Part shown: positions 62,491-64,000 of the stretch, piece after piece
Position numbering within the stretch: position 1 is the first letter of the stretch
Layout of the letters: the number at the start of each line of letters is the position of its first letter
Source: a virus
IMG/VR virus record: IMGVR_UViG_3300033153_008361
Span: 1-64,000 of that record
Direction: 5' to 3' (one strand)
Length of the DNA stretch: 64,000 nucleotides
Notes under the pieces: model-generated
Databases searched by the model: none
Told to the model about the DNA's origin: nothing
The model's input: the letters and a program-made list of their open reading frames with translations, nothing else
Made by a program: the position numbers and the translations under genes

Positions 62491-64000
62491 CTAACCCATA
62501 CAGTGGATCACCTCTCTTTGGAGTGGCGGCCGACCTGCCGGGATTTCACTTATCCAACTATGACCACCAGAATTGTTCATCCATTCGCAGTATGGGCCAA
62601 GGTTAGGCGGGATGAAATAACGCTCTAACCACGCGCCGTCCCGAGACCAAGCGAAAGACAATTCAACAACATTCTTTAAGGTAATGCCATTGGGCGAAGC
62701 GTTAGATGGTGGCGATGTCCAGACGGGATGGAGTTTATTAAACCTGAGCCAGCTTCCTACCAAATCGTTACTGATGGGATTGCAATTCTTGTCCATGACC
62801 CTAACAGTGGGGCTTCGATAAAACGCATCACCCACCGCCCAAACTTCGGGACACCAGCGGGACCACCCATAACCATCGTCTAGGATATACATGGTCCCAC
62901 CGCCCCGACTTGTGTCCTCACGGCGCTCAACGTATCCATTGTGAATACGCATGTGCTCATATTGATGATTTTTCACGACATAGATGCTTTCGCCCATGAC
63001 CTGGACCTGGATGTCCTCGGTCGGGCCGCTACCATGCTGGAGCACAAAGAAAGGCGCTACGCCAGCTTCCACAGGCCGGAAGTACGGCCGCATATTGACG
63101 CCTGTCGATGTCGGTGGCTTATAAATTGCTTCCAGATACGGGCCGGGATTAATAATGCACCACGGCCAATCCGGTAGACCTGGGCATCTACGCATCTCGA
63201 AATGGAGATGTGGGCCGGTCGAGTTGCCGGTATTACCACTGTATCCAATTATCTGACCCGCTTTAACATTTTGCCCAACCTTGACCGGGATATTAGAAGC
63301 CGCATGTCCATAAATGATGAGATTGTCTCCGGTCTGGATGCGAACATGCCAACCGTAACCATCCGAGTAGCTGACCTGGACAACTTGTCCACTTACGGCC
63401 GCATAAAACGCCGAACCCATAGGAGCGGCGATGTCCCAACCGTTGTGACCCTTTAGACAAACTCCATTCGAGTCACAATACTGTTTGTAATTATCAGGGT
63501 TTTCTCCAAACCGCTGAGTGATAATCCAGGTTTGCGCTGGCCACACTTCGAGTTTGAACCCCGGCGAAAGTTTATAGGGGTCTGTGAAGGACCGGATTGG
63601 TTTGCCCGGTTCATAGACAAATACTTCTCGGGGCTTAACATGCTCCAGGTCCTCTCCAGCTTGGACAACACGGGTAATGTCGCCAGGGAAACCGGCCGTG
63701 ATTTCACTTATTACCGGGATGAGCCCCTTGCCCTTGATTGCCTGTTCTAATCCCGCCTCATCATTTAAGCGGATCCCGCAAGTCTCTTGCTCGGTGACGG
63801 TAGCAGACCATAGAAACTTTTCTACCGTTTCTTCAACCGGTGGCTGTGTGTATTCCGGTGGCGTCCACGGGTCAGAGGGATTAGCTCGAAGATACGCGGC
63901 TATGGCGACCGATGAGTTTTCAATATTGACACCATGCCAGTTACCGTAGGTCCACCATGCCGCGCCAACAAGGAACTTTCTATTAACCCGAGTCCCTTGC
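62491..64000 (-). CDS. M23 peptidase domain protein (lysin or tail-associated lysin); 5' partial, open to the right edge
   Basis: The M23 motifs are HNGWDIAAP and GNTGNSTGPHLHFE. Hand translation upstream of the track GTG start (63546) stays open for about 151 more codons to 64000 with no in-frame ATG, GTG or TTG (...NWHGVNIENSSVAIAAYLRANP...). Confidence 0.75.
   Translation of the reverse strand, partial: QGTRVNRKFLVGAAWWTYGNWHGVNIENSSVAIAAYLRANPSDPWTPPEYTQPPVEETVEKFLWSATVTEQETCGIRLNDEAGLEQAIKGKGLIPVISEITAGFPGDITRVVQAGEDLEHVKPREVFVYEPGKPIRSFTDPYKLSPGFKLEVWPAQTWIITQRFGENPDNYKQYCDSNGVCLKGHNGWDIAAPMGSAFYAAVSGQVVQVSYSDGYGWHVRIQTGDNLIIYGHAASNIPVKVGQNVKAGQIIGYSGNTGNSTGPHLHFEMRRCPGLPDWPWCIINPGPYLEAIYKPPTSTGVNMRPYFRPVEAGVAPFFVLQHGSGPTEDIQVQVMGESIYVVKNHQYEHMRIHNGYVERREDTSRGGGTMYILDDGYGWSRWCPEVWAVGDAFYRSPTVRVMDKNCNPISNDLVGSWLRFNKLHPVWTSPPSNASPNGITLKNVVELSFAWSRDGAWLERYFIPPNLGPYCEWMNNSGGHSWISEIPAGRPPLQREVIHCMG

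Noticed and set aside
63453-63949. ORFs 63453..63707 (-), 63532..63750 (+) and 63677..63949 (+).
   Set aside because: They overlap the long open upstream extension of the M23 peptidase frame and have no RBS.

Overview
The window is a contiguous, tightly packed piece of a tailed dsDNA phage or prophage genome. GC is about 50%. I saw no rRNA, tRNA or CRISPR array. Layout: (1) 1-30.6 kb is one long leftward (minus-strand) gene train. Read in transcription order it holds about 35 small early or unknown ORFs (SSB, GNAT, ASCH, several HTH proteins), then an HNH endonuclease, a Lar-like protein, large terminase, a PAPS-reductase-like PP-loop enzyme, a portal candidate, a head-morphogenesis protein, a prohead protease-scaffold fusion and a major capsid candidate. 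It ends with an unusual set: a CxxCxxCC protein, a small membrane protein, an Asp-box beta-propeller, and a giant collagen-like ORF. The ORF track misses that last ORF because it has no stop codon inside the window. (2) 30.65-31.8 kb is a 1.2-kb non-coding control region with a strongly structured leader and divergent promoters. (3) 31.8-51.7 kb is a rightward module of small paralogous ORFs and unknown genes, a 1001-aa polyvalent-type protein ending in an N6-adenine methyltransferase, and a tyrosine recombinase. (4) 51.8-61.5 kb is a replication and modification module: AAA_24-like ATPase, RHH protein, MazG-like protein, initiator, DnaB and two beta-class DNA methyltransferases. (5) 61.5-64.0 kb holds leftward genes including an M23 peptidase ORF that stays open to the right edge. 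Most unusual signal: 31.2-36.8 kb is written in a tiny vocabulary of oligonucleotide words (CAGAAGC, GGAGATC, GCGGWCCGC, CAGGCGG, CTGTCTGC) used in both orientations. These words form three ORF-free hairpin-rich islands, four near-identical intercistronic hairpin cassettes, and an in-frame 15-mer that is translated as TEADRL in a family of small proteins. The wider 31-46 kb module is roughly 7-fold enriched for GATC by hand counts, and the 5.6-kb core carries about 50 CGGWCCG sites. The same genome encodes three DNA methyltransferases. I cannot assign this region to any described element. All functional interpretations of it are hypotheses.
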